In this document: in pieces, positions 36,961 through 49,044 of the stretch
How the letters are laid out: the number at the start of each line of letters is the position of its first letter
How positions within the stretch are numbered: position 1 is the stretch's first letter
DNA from: Chiloscyllium plagiosum
Taxonomy: Eukaryota
DNA: 64,000 bases
Direction of reading: 5' to 3'
Assembly: GCF_004010195.1 (NCBI RefSeq)
Contig: NC_057728.1
Span: 54,656,719 to 54,720,718, forward strand
Program-made: the position numbers and the translations under genes
Notes under the pieces: generated by a model
Seen by the model: only the letters and a program-made list of their open reading frames with translations
The model's database searches: none
Told to the model about the DNA's origin: nothing

Positions 36961-37835
36961 CAGATGCTAGAAAGTCAGAGTCAAAACGTGTGGTGCTGAA
37001 AAAGTACAGCAGGTCAGGCAGTATCTGAGAAGCAGGAGAGTCGATGTTTTGTGCACAAGCCCGTCAAACGGTCAATATCCCTTTGCAGCCTTCAAATGGT
37101 TTCATTGCAGCTCACTCTCCTACCTTTCTCTATGTCATCAGCAATTTAGCAACCATTCCCTCAATCCATCATCCAAGTCATTAATATAGATTATAAATAC
37201 ATGAGGTCCAAGCACTGATTACTGTGGTACTCCACTTATCCATTCTGCATCCTGTTAGCTAACCAATCCTCTATCCATGCTCATCCTCCCTACATGGTGA
37301 GGACTTATTTTGTGTAATAACCTTTGATGTGGCAGCTTGCTGAATGCTTTCTAGAAATCCAAGTATCCTATATCTATAGGTCTCCTTTTATGTCTGCTGC
37401 TTGTTACTTCCTCAAAGAATTCTAATAAATTGGCCAAACACAACTTCCCTTTCAAACAACTATATTAACGGGTTCCAATTGCACTGAGATTTTTCAAGTC
37501 TCCTCCTGTAATCTTTTTATAATTGAATTCAACATTTTCCCTCCGACAGATGTTCAGCCTCTAGTTTCCTTCTGTGTGTCCCTCTTCCATCTTGGATAGA
37601 GGAATTCCCTTTGTTATTATTCAATCTCCTGGGTTCTTTCCAGAACCTAGGGACGTTTGGAAAATTAAATCCAACGCATCCATTATCTCAGCAGCCACAT
37701 CTTTTAGGCCCCAAGATGAAACCCATCAGAGTCTGAGCAGTTGTGAGGTTTCAGATCTAATAATTTTCTCAGATCCAATACATCTTTGAGAAATACTAGA
37801 GAACTGAGGGACCAGTGAGAATGAAGAAGTGAAAG

Positions 37836-39980
37836 AATTGAATTGAATTGAATTTATTGTCACGTGTACCGAGGCACAGTGAAAAGCTATGTCTTGTGAG
37901 CAATACAGGTAGATCACAGAGTTAAGTAGCATAGATAGTAAATAATAGGTAAACAGCGGCAAAAACAAAAACACAGGTACAGGCGAATGTTAAGAGTTTG
38001 TGAGTCCATTCAGTATTCTTACAACAGTTGGGTAGAAACTGTTTCGAAACCGGCTGGTGCGTGTGTTCAGGCTTCTTACCTTCTCCCTGATGGTGAGATT
38101 GTAGAAAAACATTGCCAGAGTGGGATGAATCTTTGAGAACGCTGGCGGCCTTTCTTTGACAGCGGGCCTGGAAGATGGATTCTATAGATGGGAGGTTTGT
38201 CCGGACCGAGTTCACCACTCTCTGTAACCGTCTCCGATCTTGAATGGTATAGTTTGCATACCAGGTAGTGATACATCGAGACAGAATGCTCTTGATGGTG
38301 CATCTATAAAAGTTGGCAAGGGTATTCGCCATCATGCCAAATTTCCTCAGCTGCATCAGAAGAAGATACATTGTTGGGCTTTGTAACTCTTGAAGAGTCC
38401 AAGAAAGCTTGTTGTGGGTGACCATTCCCAGGAGCTTGATGCTCTCCACTCATTCCACCTCTGTGCTGTGTAACATCCCACCGAAAGTCAATAAAAAGTT
38501 CCTTGGTTTTGCCGGCATTGAGAGCTAGGTTGTTCTCAGGCACTATTTTTCCAGGTCTTCCACCTCCCGTCTGTAGTTTGTTTTATCACCATATGAGATT
38601 CAACCGACTATGGTGGTGTCATCAGCTAACTTGTAAATGGCATTAGTCTGGTATTTGGCAACACAGTCATGGGTATACAGTGAGTACAGCAGAGAGCTGA
38701 GTATGTGCCCCTGGGAGGTTCCAGTATTGAGTGTTAGTGAGGATGAAATATTGTCCCCAAACTTCACTGATTGTGGCCTGTGAGTCAGGAAACTGAGGAT
38801 CCAGTTGCAGAGTGTGGGGCTTAGTCCAAGATCACTAAGTTTAGTAATCAGTCTTGAGGGGACAACAGTGTTGAAGACTGAACTCTAGCCAATGGGTAGG
38901 ATTCTTATGTAGTTGTTCTTGGTGTCAAAATGTTCTAGGGAGGAGTGAAGGACAAGTGATATGGCATCTAACGTGGATCTATTGGTCTGATAGACAAATT
39001 AGAGTGGGTCAAGAGTAGTGGGGAGGCTGGAGTTGATTAATGCCATGACCAGCCTCTCAAAGCACTTCATGACCACCGAAGTTAGGGCCACTGGGTGGTA
39101 GTCATTGAGACATGCTGCATGAGCTACCTTAGGCACAGGGATGATATTGACCCTCTTGAAACAGGCAGGGACCGTGGCTGCTGCAGAGAGAGGTTGAAGA
39201 TGTCTGAGAAGACCTCTGCCAGTTGATCTGTGCATGATCTGAGCACACGGCCTGGTACTTCGTCTGGTCCCATTGCTTTCTTTGTTTTCACATGAAGGAT
39301 TCACTCTGATCCAGTGACCGTTGGAATAGGTTCGTCATGACTTGTCAGAATAGGTGTTACCTCTCCACCGAAGTTCTGCTCAAAGCGAGCATAGAAGGTG
39401 TTGAGACGATCTGGGAGGGATGTGTCATTGTCTGCTATCTTGCACTGTCTCTTTTTAGAACCTGTGATGTCATTCAGACCTTGCCATAGTCGCCGGGTGT
39501 CTGTCTGGGTCTCTTGTTTGGATCAGTATTGGTCCTTGGCTGTCTTAATGGCTCTGCAAAGGTCATACTTGGATTCCTTATAGTTGAGTGGGTCTCCTGA
39601 TCTGAAGGCCTCTCACCTGGTTTTTAGCAGGTTCTGTATGTCCTGATTTACCCAGGTTTCCTAATGGGGAACACCCGCATTGACTTCCTCAGTATGCAGT
39701 CCTCCACACACTCACTGATAAAGTCTGTGATGGTGGTGGCGTACTCGTCCAAGATACCTGTGGATTGTTTGAACTTGGCCCAATCAGCCAATTCCAGAAA
39801 GCACCGGAGTTGATCCTCTGCCTCCTCTGACCAGCACTGGACCTGTATCTGCGAGGGTGTCTCCTGCTCGAGCTTTTGCCTGTAAGCCGGGAGAAGAAAC
39901 ATGGCATTGTGGTCAGAGTTCCCAAACTGAGGGCGGGGGATGGAACAGTAGGGATCTTTCACAGTGGTGTAGCAGCAGTC
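37836..39980 (-). mobile_element. Rex1/Babar-clade LINE, 5'-truncated, with frameshifts
   Basis: Fragments PQFGNSDHNAMFLLPAYRQKL (APE C-terminus), CLNDYHPVALTSVVMKCFERLV (RT), NNLALNAGKTKELFIDFR and LANFYRCTIKSILSRCITTWY; (AATTC)n tail. Confidence 0.85.
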
Positions 39981-40374
39981 TAAAATTAGTCTTAGTGAAG
40001 AAAGAAATACTACTAAACAACATGATGGGACTGCAAATTGACTGGGACCCGATGATCTTTGTGTTGAATGTGGTAGTGAGACAGGGTGGATACAATAGTG
40101 ATCATCTTTCTGAGATTGTGCGCGTTTGCAAGTGTAACCCTATTATTTAAGAATAGAGAGAGATAGAAGGACCCTACAGGCAAATTAGCTGGGGAACTGT
40201 GGACCTGTTAGCCTGACATCCATATTGTAAAGGATGTGATAACTGCACTTGGAAAATTGCAAGTTGTTTGGGCAAAGTCAACATGGATTTACAAAAGAGA
40301 AATCATATTTGACAAACCTGTTTTTTGTAACTCCTTGAAAGGACCTTCAGCCCCATCACCAAGAAGCTGAATCA

Positions 40375-40508
40375 TGTGTGTGTCGGTCTGTGTGTGTATG
40401 TGTTTCTGTCTGTCTGTCTGTCTGTCTGTGTGTTTCTGTCTGTCTGTCTGTGTGTGTGTATGTGTGTGTGTGTGTCTGTGTGTGTGTGTCTGTGTATGTA
40501 TGTGTGTA
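40375..40508 (+). repeat. Compound (TG)n/(TGTC)n microsatellite
   Basis: Visible directly; ends ~55 nt upstream of the exon-16 acceptor. Confidence 0.95.
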
Positions 40509-40562
40509 GTATTTACAGAGTATGACCATTCTTCGCAATTGCTTTCCTGACGTGGTTTCTAG

Positions 40563-40649
40563 ATACCAAAATGCTGCAAAGGATTCTATGGTCCAGACTG
40601 CCGACAATGTCCAGGTGGATTCCAAAACCCCTGTTCAGGCAATGGTCAG
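40563..40649 (+). CDS. STAB2: STAB2 window-exon 16
   Basis: tttctag|ATA..CAG|gtagga; [29 protein letters not shown]; 87 nt. Confidence 0.95.
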
Positions 40650-40814
40650 GTAGGAATTACAGAACAAAGCATTTCTTAATGTGAATTTATAAACCCAATG
40701 TTTCTTGGGGGGCCTGACGAGTAAATATGCAAAGGTTATTTTTCCCTTTGAGGGAGAGTCTATGACCAAAAGCTGTAATCTCAGAATAAGGAGTTGTCCA
40801 TTTAAGACCGAGAT

Positions 40815-42460
40815 GATTGATTTGCTTGGGGATGGTGTGACGATGATGTCTGGTTCTGAATTTCCCAATCCTAGTCAAGCACTTGAATTCTTCACTCATG
40901 AATTGGGAGTCATTATCACTTATCACAATATACGCTTTCAAACATTCTACAAAATCACTGGTAGTCATTCAGGTCAACTAGTCTAACTCCAAGCAGCCAG
41001 AATAATAGTCAAGAGTGAAGAGGTCTATTCCAATCTTCAACCATTCTTGTCGTATATCATGAACTAGCTCTTTGATTGTAATGAAGAGCAAGCTATTACA
41101 CTGGCTGGTATGGTGCCTAATCTCATGATTCTTGTCCGTCCAGGAAAGCGCTTCTCTTGCTTTCCTCAGACTAGATTCAACCCTTCAATGGCTTGCATGG
41201 ATGTGCTTCAACCATCCATTATCAAAGAGTCATATAGCATGAAAGAAGACCCTTTAGTCCAACCAATCCACATCAAACAAAATCCCAAACTAAACTAGTC
41301 CCACTTGCCTGCACTTGGCCCATATTTCTCCAAACATTTCTTATTCATATACTTAGCCAACCACTTTTAAATGTTGTAACTATACCTACATGCACCACTT
41401 CCTCTGGAAGTTCATTCCACACACGAACTATACTCTGTGTAAAACAAAAATGCCCCCTTGTCTTTTTTAAATCTTTCTCCTCTCACCTTAAAAATATGCC
41501 CATGGACTTGAAATCCCCCCACCCTGGGGAAAAGAAACCAAAAATACATCCTAAAACTAAGACCTCTTGTTCTAGGTCGCCTGCAAGGGGAAATATCTGC
41601 TCAGTGCTATTTTGTCCGTTCCCTCTTGCATTTTATGTACATCTATTTGCTCCTCTCATTTTTCCATAATCCAGCCAGTTTAGGCCTAAACTGTTCAATC
41701 TCTCCTCATAAGACATTGTGTTACCTCATATCCTTGGGGTTGGCATGGTGATTAGCACTGCTTCCCCACAACGCCAGTGCCACCCTCGGGTAACTGTTTG
41801 TACATTCTCCCTGTGTCTGAATGGGTTTCCTTTGGGTGCTCTGGTTTCCTCTCACAGTCTAGAAATGTTCAGGCTAGCCGTGGGAAATAGAGGGATAAGG
41901 TGGGTCTGGGCAGGATGCTTTTCAGTGGTCAGTGTGGACTCAATGTGCCACATGGCCTGCTTCCACACTGTGGGAATTCTATGATTCTAATGGACACACA
42001 CCATTTTGACCTGAACTGTCCAAACCTTTCTATGGTGGAGACTGGGTTGTCCAACGACATCCTCCAGCATCCACCTTTATAAGTTTTTCCTTGCTTCTTT
42101 CTAGCTCGGCACTTATGTGAAAAGTTATTCCATTTCTTGCAGTTAGAATGCTGCTTCCCTCATGCTGGATAAACTTTCCTTTCTTTTGGGTGATGGCCCC
42201 TGCAATATTTACAGCCTGCCCTTGATCTTTCTGTTGGCTCTTCTGAAATCTGTCTTCCTTTTGTTCCCCATGATGTTGTTCTCATTTGGCCTGGAATATA
42301 ATACTATTCTCATCCGTTCTCCCATTAATGTACTACAGCTGGTGACTGATGGTCTCAGAGCTTCTGCACATGTTGATAGCTTTCTGAGAGTAAGTTTCTC
42401 CTCTGTCAGCAGATATGCTCTCACTCCAGGATCTCTCAAGCCTATGATTTCTTAGGTCAT
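40815..42460 (-). mobile_element. Decayed Ty3/Gypsy LTR-retrotransposon internal relic (gag + integrase), interrupted by CR1 (41225-41530) and a SINE (41737-41990)
   Basis: gag-like IGLRDPGVRAYLLTEEKLTL/KAINMCRSSE and CKYCRGHHPK...GKQHSNCKKWNNFSHKCR; integrase-like LKHIHASH*RVESSLRKARE, WLKIGIDLFTL-DYYS, VISDNDSQFMSEEF and TSSSHHPQAN. Confidence 0.8.
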
Positions 42461-42496
42461 CTTTCAGTTGTCCAAATTCATAGGATGTAGCTGGAT

Positions 42497-42812
42497 CATA
42501 GAATCCCTACAGCATGGAAACAGGCCCTTTGGCCCAAAAAGTCCACACAGACCCTCCAAAGAGTAACCTGCCCAGAGCCATTCCTCTGACTAATGCACCT
42601 ACATATGCCTTAACACTATGGGCAATTTTTTTTAAAGCATGGCCATTTCATCTAATCTTCGGACTTTAGGAGGAAATCAAAACACCCAGAGGAAACCCAC
42701 GCTGATATGGGAAGAATGTGCAAACTCTACACGGATAGTCGCCCGAGACTTGGATCAGACCCGGGTCCTTGGCGCTGTGAGGCAGCAGTACTAACCACTG
42801 AGCCACCGTGCT
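42497..42812 (-). mobile_element. HE1-like V-SINE
   Basis: Homologous to the other copies. Confidence 0.8.
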
Positions 42813-43153
42813 GTCAGTGTATCAATGTGGTTATACACTCCATCTTCCAAGCTCTGTACACATACCCTTTATGTATCATATTTCAAAGTTTGTCTTCAAA
42901 GCTTTCAGAATCCTTCCAATCTAACAACTCTATTCCTCAGTGAGATCTAGGTGACAGTACAGCACTGATAGCAGAGTTGCTACATAGCTCCTTCCTTCCT
43001 ATTTAATCCTGAGTATCCCTCCATTCTTTCATCCACTTAGTTATTTATCTCGACTCCCCTTAAATGAATCTATGCTTTTTACCTCAGTGGTTCTTTGTGG
43101 TGATAAATTCCAAATTCTAATGTCTATCTGTGTGCCCATGTTGTTTTGCTCAG

Positions 43154-43265
43154 TGTGCAGACGGTTTAGATGGAAATGGCGCATGTCTTTGCGATGACAA
43201 ATTCACGGGCTCCAGGTGTCACCTGTGTTCAGACCCTCACAAATATGGACCAAACTGTGACCAAA
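43154..43265 (+). CDS. STAB2: STAB2 window-exon 17 (EGF-like)
   Basis: tgctcag|TGT..CAAA|gtaagt; [37 protein letters not shown]; 112 nt, phase 0-1. Confidence 0.95.
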
Positions 43266-43361
43266 GTAAGTTTGTTCCTGATGCCTTGAGCTCTGTAATA
43301 ATCCTCGATTACTTTTTCCACTGAGCTCTCAAGCTGGTCTTTCTTTTTAACCTTGTTGTAG

Positions 43362-43542
43362 CCTGCCAATGTGTTCATGGGAAATGCAACAACAGGATGA
43401 CTGGCAACGGTGCGTGTAAGTTTAACTCCTGCGTGCCGGGATACAGTGGAGTCTTCTGTGAGAGACAGACCACGCCTTGCGGACCCAGTGTTCAGTTCTG
43501 CCATGCCCATGCCAACTGCGAATACAAGAATGGGAGCCTCAG
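43362..43542 (+). CDS. STAB2: STAB2 window-exon 18 (EGF-like)
   Basis: gttgtag|CC..AG|gtactg; TCQCVHGKCNNRMTGNGACKFNSCVPGYSGVFCERQTTPCGPSVQFCHAHANCEYKNGSL; 181 nt, phase 1-2. Confidence 0.93.
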
Positions 43543-43604
43543 GTACTGTGGGCTGAAGCGTCGGAGAAGCGTTAACTAATGTGAAAGGCATAATTTTTCT
43601 TTAA

Positions 43605-43908
43605 TAGACTACTTACAGCATGGAAATAGGCCCTTCGGCCCAACAAGCCCACACCGACCCTCCGAAGAGCAGCCCACCCAGACCCACTCCCCTACATTTA
43701 CCTCTTCACCTAGCACTACGGGCAATTTCCCATGGCCAAGTCACCTAACCTGCACATTTTTGTACTGTGGGAGGAAACCGGAGCAAACCCACACAGACAC
43801 GGGGAGAATGTGCAAACTCCACACAGACAGTTGCCTGAAGCGGGAATTGAACCCAGATCTCTGGCACCGTGAGGCAGCAGTGCTAACCACTGTGCCACCG
43901 TGCTGCCC
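43605..43908 (-). mobile_element. HE1-like V-SINE
   Basis: Homologous to the other copies; ~60 nt downstream of the exon-18 donor. Confidence 0.85.
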
Positions 43909-44206
43909 ATAATCTTAAGCAAATGGAGACAACAGAGCTCCCCACACTGTGCTCATTTGGAGCAAAACACCTTCAATGACAATGAGACTCAACCTTCAAT
44001 ACCTTGTGCACCACAGGCTTAGCCATTTAGAAATTATTTCTGTGCCTACCCATTCCCCAACAACTCATCACAGGCCTCCTGGATTCATGTTTCTAGGCTT
44101 GCTTGGACATTACTCTCATTTCTGAGACTTTGGTGAACTAATTTCTTGGAACTGTTGCCAGTTCATCAAGAAGGGTCATACTCCAATGACAAGTAATTGA
44201 ATTTAG

Positions 44207-44850
44207 AGACATAGAGCCACAGTGATATACAGCATGGAAACAAGGCCTTCAGTCCAACTTGTCCATGCTGAGCAGATTTCCTAAACTGAACTCATTCCAT
44301 TGGGCCCATATTCCTCTAAACCTTTCCTATCCATGTACCTGTCGAAATGTCTTTTAAATGCTATAATTGTACTACCACTTCCTCTGGCAGCTCATTCCAT
44401 ATTCGCACCACCCTCTGTGTGAAAACGTTGCCCCTCAGGTCTCTTTTAAATCTCTCCCCTCGCACCTTAAATTTATGCCCTATAGTTTTGGGCTCCCCTA
44501 TTCTGGGGAGAAGACCTCAGCTATTCTTCTTATCTATGCCCCAAATATCACAGAATCCTTGTAGTGTGGAAAGAGGCCATTCAGCCCATTGAGTCTGCAC
44601 TAACCTTCCAAAGAGCATCTCGCCCAGACCCAGCCCACTTATTAAACATTGCTTATCGTACTAACCTGCACACTGTGGACAATTTAACATGGGAAATCCA
44701 CCTCGCCTGCACATTTTTGGATTTGTGGGAGGAAACTCATGCAGATGTGGGGAGAATGTGCAAACTCCACACAGACATTCACTCACAGGTAGAATTGAAC
44801 CCCGGTCCCTAGTTCTGTGAGGCAGCAGTGCTAACCACTGAGCCACCCAA
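44207..44850 (-). mobile_element. CR1/HER1 3' fragment (44207-44540) adjacent to an HE1-like SINE (44547-44850)
   Basis: Reverse complements of the families above. Confidence 0.75.
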
Positions 44851-45328
44851 ATGTATTTTGGGGTATTTCAACAACATAACAAGGTGTCATAAATGTATTA
44901 GTCCTTTAGTTAGATTTTAGCATCACACTCCTGACTTGGGCCTTGTAGATGGTGGACAGGCTTTGGGGAGTGAGGAGGTGAGTTACTTGCTGCAGTTCCA
45001 ACATGCACATCTTCAAAACTCTTACCATGGGATCTACTACATTCACCTGAGGGGGCAAAAGGACCACTTTTTAACTTCCAGTCAGAAGGGCATGCTTCTG
45101 ACCTTGCAGCACTCCCTCAATACTCCACAAGAGAGACAGCTTTGATTTTTCTGCAAAATTGCCCACAATCTTCTGACTCAAAAGTGTGAGCGTTGGCAGC
45201 TGAGCTGAGTGAGAGTTGGATAATTGCTGCAAGCATCAATTCTGACCAAAGTGGCAGTGAGCACAATAAACCGATTGATTCAAGGTACGCTTTCACTTTT
45301 AAATGGCCGCTGCTTGATATCCCTCTAG

Positions 45329-45422
45329 CTGTGTTTGCAAGCCAAACTATGAAGGTGACGGATCCTACTGTGAGGAGGCAAATGTGTGTCGTCAGCCAGA
45401 TCGAGGTGGCTGCAGTAACAAT
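45329..45422 (+). CDS. STAB2: STAB2 window-exon 19 (EGF-like)
   Basis: cctctag|C..AAT|gtaagt; (S)CVCKPNYEGDGSYCEEANVCRQPDRGGCSNN; 94 nt, phase 2-0. Confidence 0.93.
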
Positions 45423-45534
45423 GTAAGTAGAACTGACTATCTTTGCTGATGGTTATAGATTCCTGCACTGACAATAAGGAGTTACCAGCTTTCGCTGTCT
45501 GCCCTGAAGGGTCCAGTAATTAAGTTATCCCATG

Positions 45535-46410
45535 ATCTGAATGGAGGAACTGATGGCATTGTTGCTAAGTTTGCAGATGACACAAAGATAGGTGGAGGTA
45601 TAGGTAGTGCTGGAGGTGGTGTTTATCATACAGAAGGACTTGGACAGTGGGCAAGGAAGTGGCAGATGGAATACAATGTGGGAAAGTAAGAGGTTATGCA
45701 CTTTGGTAGGAAGAATAGAGGCATAGGCTATTTTCTAAACAGGGAAATTCTTTGGAAATCTGAAGCACAAAAGGACTTTGGATGTTCTTTAGGTTAACAT
45801 GCAGGTTCGGGTTGGCAGTTAGGAAGGCAAATGTAATATTAGCATTCAATTCAAGAGGGCTAGAACACAAGGGCAGAGAAGCACTGCTGAAGCTGTATAA
45901 GGCTGAAGTCAGACCATATTTGGAATATTGTGAGCTGTTTTGGGCCCTATATCTAAGGAAGGATGTGTTGGTCTTCGAGGGGCTCCAGAGGAGATTCACA
46001 TGAATGATCTCGGGGTTGAAGGGCTTGTCATATGAGGAGTGGGTGAGGACTCTGGGTGTGAACTCGATGGAGTTTAGAAGGATGGGGGGGATGTGATTGA
46101 AACTGACAGAATACTGGGAGGCCCAGACAGAGTGGACATGGAGAAGATATTTCCACTAGTAGGAGAGACTAGGACCTGGGGACACAGCTACAGGCTGAAA
46201 GGATGACCCTTTAGAACTAAGATGAGGAGGAATTTCTTCAGATAGAGGGTGGTTAATCTTTGTAATTCATTGCAGCAGAAAGCTGTGGAAGCCAAGTCAT
46301 TGAGAGAGAGAGATAGATTCATGATTAGTAAGGGGATCAAGGGCTTTGGGGAGAAGGCAGGAGAATGGGTTGGCAAAACATACCAGCCATAATTGAATGG
46401 CAGAACAGAC
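45535..46410 (+). mobile_element. CR1-type LINE RT fragment
   Basis: aagtttgcagatgacacaaag (KFADDTK); LLKLYKAEVRPYLEYCELFWALYLRKD. Confidence 0.85.
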
Positions 46411-46701
46411 TCAGTGTCACATCCAAGGGAGAGGAAACCCTCACAACCATCACCAATGCAAGCACTAAGGCCATGTGCTGGAAGGGAATTGTAGTCTTGA
46501 CTACCCACTATTCCAAGCTGCAACATTCATGTTGCTATAGCAATGTGGAACCCCTTCATGAACTGGAACTCACTACTGCCACCAGATTTGTTGACAAGGC
46601 TACAATTTTTTCAGCTCATCACCTAAACCAACCCCCACTCTAAGTGTGTAATAATGACTTTGTCAATAAAAAAACTTTTAATGTGCACAATTTGCCCACA
46701 G

Positions 46702-46860
46702 GCTGAATGTATTATGACAGGAATGGGGTCGTATTTGTGTCAATGTTTACCTGGATGGACAGGAGATGGCGAGGATTGCACTGAAATCAATAACTGCTTG
46801 CTGGAAAGTCGAGGAGGATGCCATATCAACGCAAACTGCATCCACCTGGGGCCAGGCCAG
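46702..46860 (+). CDS. STAB2: STAB2 window-exon 20 (EGF-like)
   Basis: cccacag|GCT..CAG|gtaaat; [53 protein letters not shown]; 159 nt. Confidence 0.95.
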
Positions 46861-47142
46861 GTAAATGTGCCTGATTCCTGTCTCAATTTTCTTGTCCTCT
46901 CATCAATACTGTCAACTCCTTTCCTAGGACCCTCATGTCTCAGTTGGTCGCACTCTGCAGCCTGGGAGTTGAAATCACAGGATGTGAGTGTAATCGTGAG
47001 GGAGAGTGATGGTTGGGAAGATCCCAAGTCTGAAAGATAGCTTTTCTAAAGATGCATTGCCCCTAGCCTCACTACTGCAGTGCAGGGGAGACTGAGTGCT
47101 GGAGTAGGAACTAACAGTGCAATGAAGCCTACATTGATAATG

Positions 47143-47492
47143 ATGATGGTCTTGTGGTATTATCACTGGGTTGTTAGTCCAGAGACCCAGGTAATGTTCC
47201 CAGGACCTTGGTTCAAATCCCACTGGAGTAGATGGTGGCATTTGAATCCAATATTTTTTAAAAATCTGGAATTAAGAAGCTAATGATGACCATAAATCCA
47301 TTGCCGATTGTTGGGAAGAAACCCACCTGGTTCACTAATGTTCTTTAAGGAAGGAAACTGCCATTCTGGCCTACACGTGACTCCAGACCCACAGCAATGT
47401 GGTTGATTCTTAACTGTCCTCTGGGCAATTAGGGATGGGTAATAGATGCTGGCCTAGCCAGTAATGTCCTTGTTCTATAAATGAATAAAACA
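47143..47492 (+). mobile_element. tRNA-derived SINE, second family, sharing its 3' tail with the second LINE family
   Basis: ggttcaaatcccac B box; ...ggcctacacgtgactccagacccacagcaatg...gggcaattagggatgggtaat; other copies near 56340-56636 (+), 9870-10150 (+), 6760-7125 (-) and 8940-9240 (-). Confidence 0.7.
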
Positions 47493-48282
47493 ACACCATT
47501 CAATGCTTTAGATCTGATGCACAAGCATAAAACAGGCATAAGAATAACCAGTTTACCAGGCCACAGAACTCACTGTGAGTGTGTGTTTTACTAGTTTAAC
47601 CAGAGCCTTTTTTTAAGGCAGCCCTGTTACTGCCTGAAATTAGCACAAGGACCCTGTCCTTTGACCATTCTGGGAAGCCCATTTGCAGCAGGCAGAGCCT
47701 TCTAGCCAACTCCACTTATCCACCCAATACCCATGTTCCATTTCTATGGTGGTGCCTAAAAACGTATTGATCCTAGTCTTGAACTTGTATATAGTGGATG
47801 TCTGACCAACCCCCAACTCTGTTAGGGAGAGAATTCCAAAGTGAAAAAGTTTCCTTCACCTCAGTTCTAAGTGGGCAATTTTTATTCAGAAATAATGATC
47901 CCTAAAACTTAAGGCGAGAGAAACAGAGTTAATGTTAAAAGCCCAATATGACTCTTCTTTCAAACATCTCTGCACAGGTGCTGCCAGACATGCTGAGTTC
48001 CTTTCGCATTTTCTGGTTTTATTTCAGATTTCCAGCATCTGCAGTATATTTTCTTTTTATTTTACCCCCAATCCTAAACTCTCTGGTCAGAAAAAACACC
48101 CTTTTCCTCCTTATCCCTCGATGCTTTTTCTTCATGGTTACACCAAACTGGTTTTCAAAAATGCACATTCGAACCAGTGTTGAATAGTAATTGAAGTTGA
48201 AATTAATATTGCAAAAGAATATTGCAAACAAAAAATGTCACCAGAATTCCATTATTATTTTATGTGATCCTTTCCACATGAG

Positions 48283-48890
48283 ATATAGAGTCAAAGAGTC
48301 ATGCAGCACAGAGACAGACCCTTTGGTCAAACTGGTCCTTACCGACCATGTTTCAAAGCTAAACTAGTCCCATCTGCCTGCACTCGGCCCATATCCCTCC
48401 AAACCTTTCCTATTCATGTACTTATCCAAATGTCTTTTAAATGTTGTAACTATACCTGCCTCTGGCAGTTCGTTCCACATACTAACCACTCTCTGCGTAA
48501 AAACGTTGCATCCTCCATGTCCTTTTTAACTCTCTCCCCACACCTTAAAAATATGCCCCCTAGTTTTGAATTCGCCCACCCTAGGGAAAATACTTTTGCT
48601 ATTCACCTTATCTGTGCCCCTCATGATTTTATAAACATCTATAAGATATCCCCTCAACCTCCTATACTCTAATGAAAAATGTCCCAGCCTATCCAGCCTC
48701 TCTAATGCAAGCCCTCCAATCCTGACAACATTCTGGTAAATCTTTTCTGAATCCTCTCCAGTTTAATAATATCCTTCCTATAACAGGGAGACCAGAACTG
48801 CACAATGTACTCCAAAAGAGGCCTCACCAATGTCCTATAAACCTGAATATGATGTCCCAACTCTTATACCCGTCTGTACAATGAAGGCAA
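48283..48890 (-). mobile_element. CR1/HER1-type LINE 3' fragment
   Basis: Reverse complement of the 36335-36960 family; similar piece at 54085-54535. Confidence 0.8.
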
Positions 48891-48948
48891 GTTTAACAGT
48901 AGTAGATGACAAATAGCTAATTTTGCTGAGTCTTTCACTTATCAACAG

Positions 48949-49044
48949 AATGACTGTGAGTGCAAAAAGGGTTTCCGTGGTAACGGCATTGAATGTGAGC
49001 CAATAAATCCTTGTTTGGAAGAAAATGGAGGATGCCATTATCTG
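48949..49044 (+). CDS. STAB2: STAB2 window-exon 21 (EGF-like)
   Basis: tcaacag|AAT..CTG|gtgagt; [32 protein letters not shown]; 96 nt. Confidence 0.95.
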
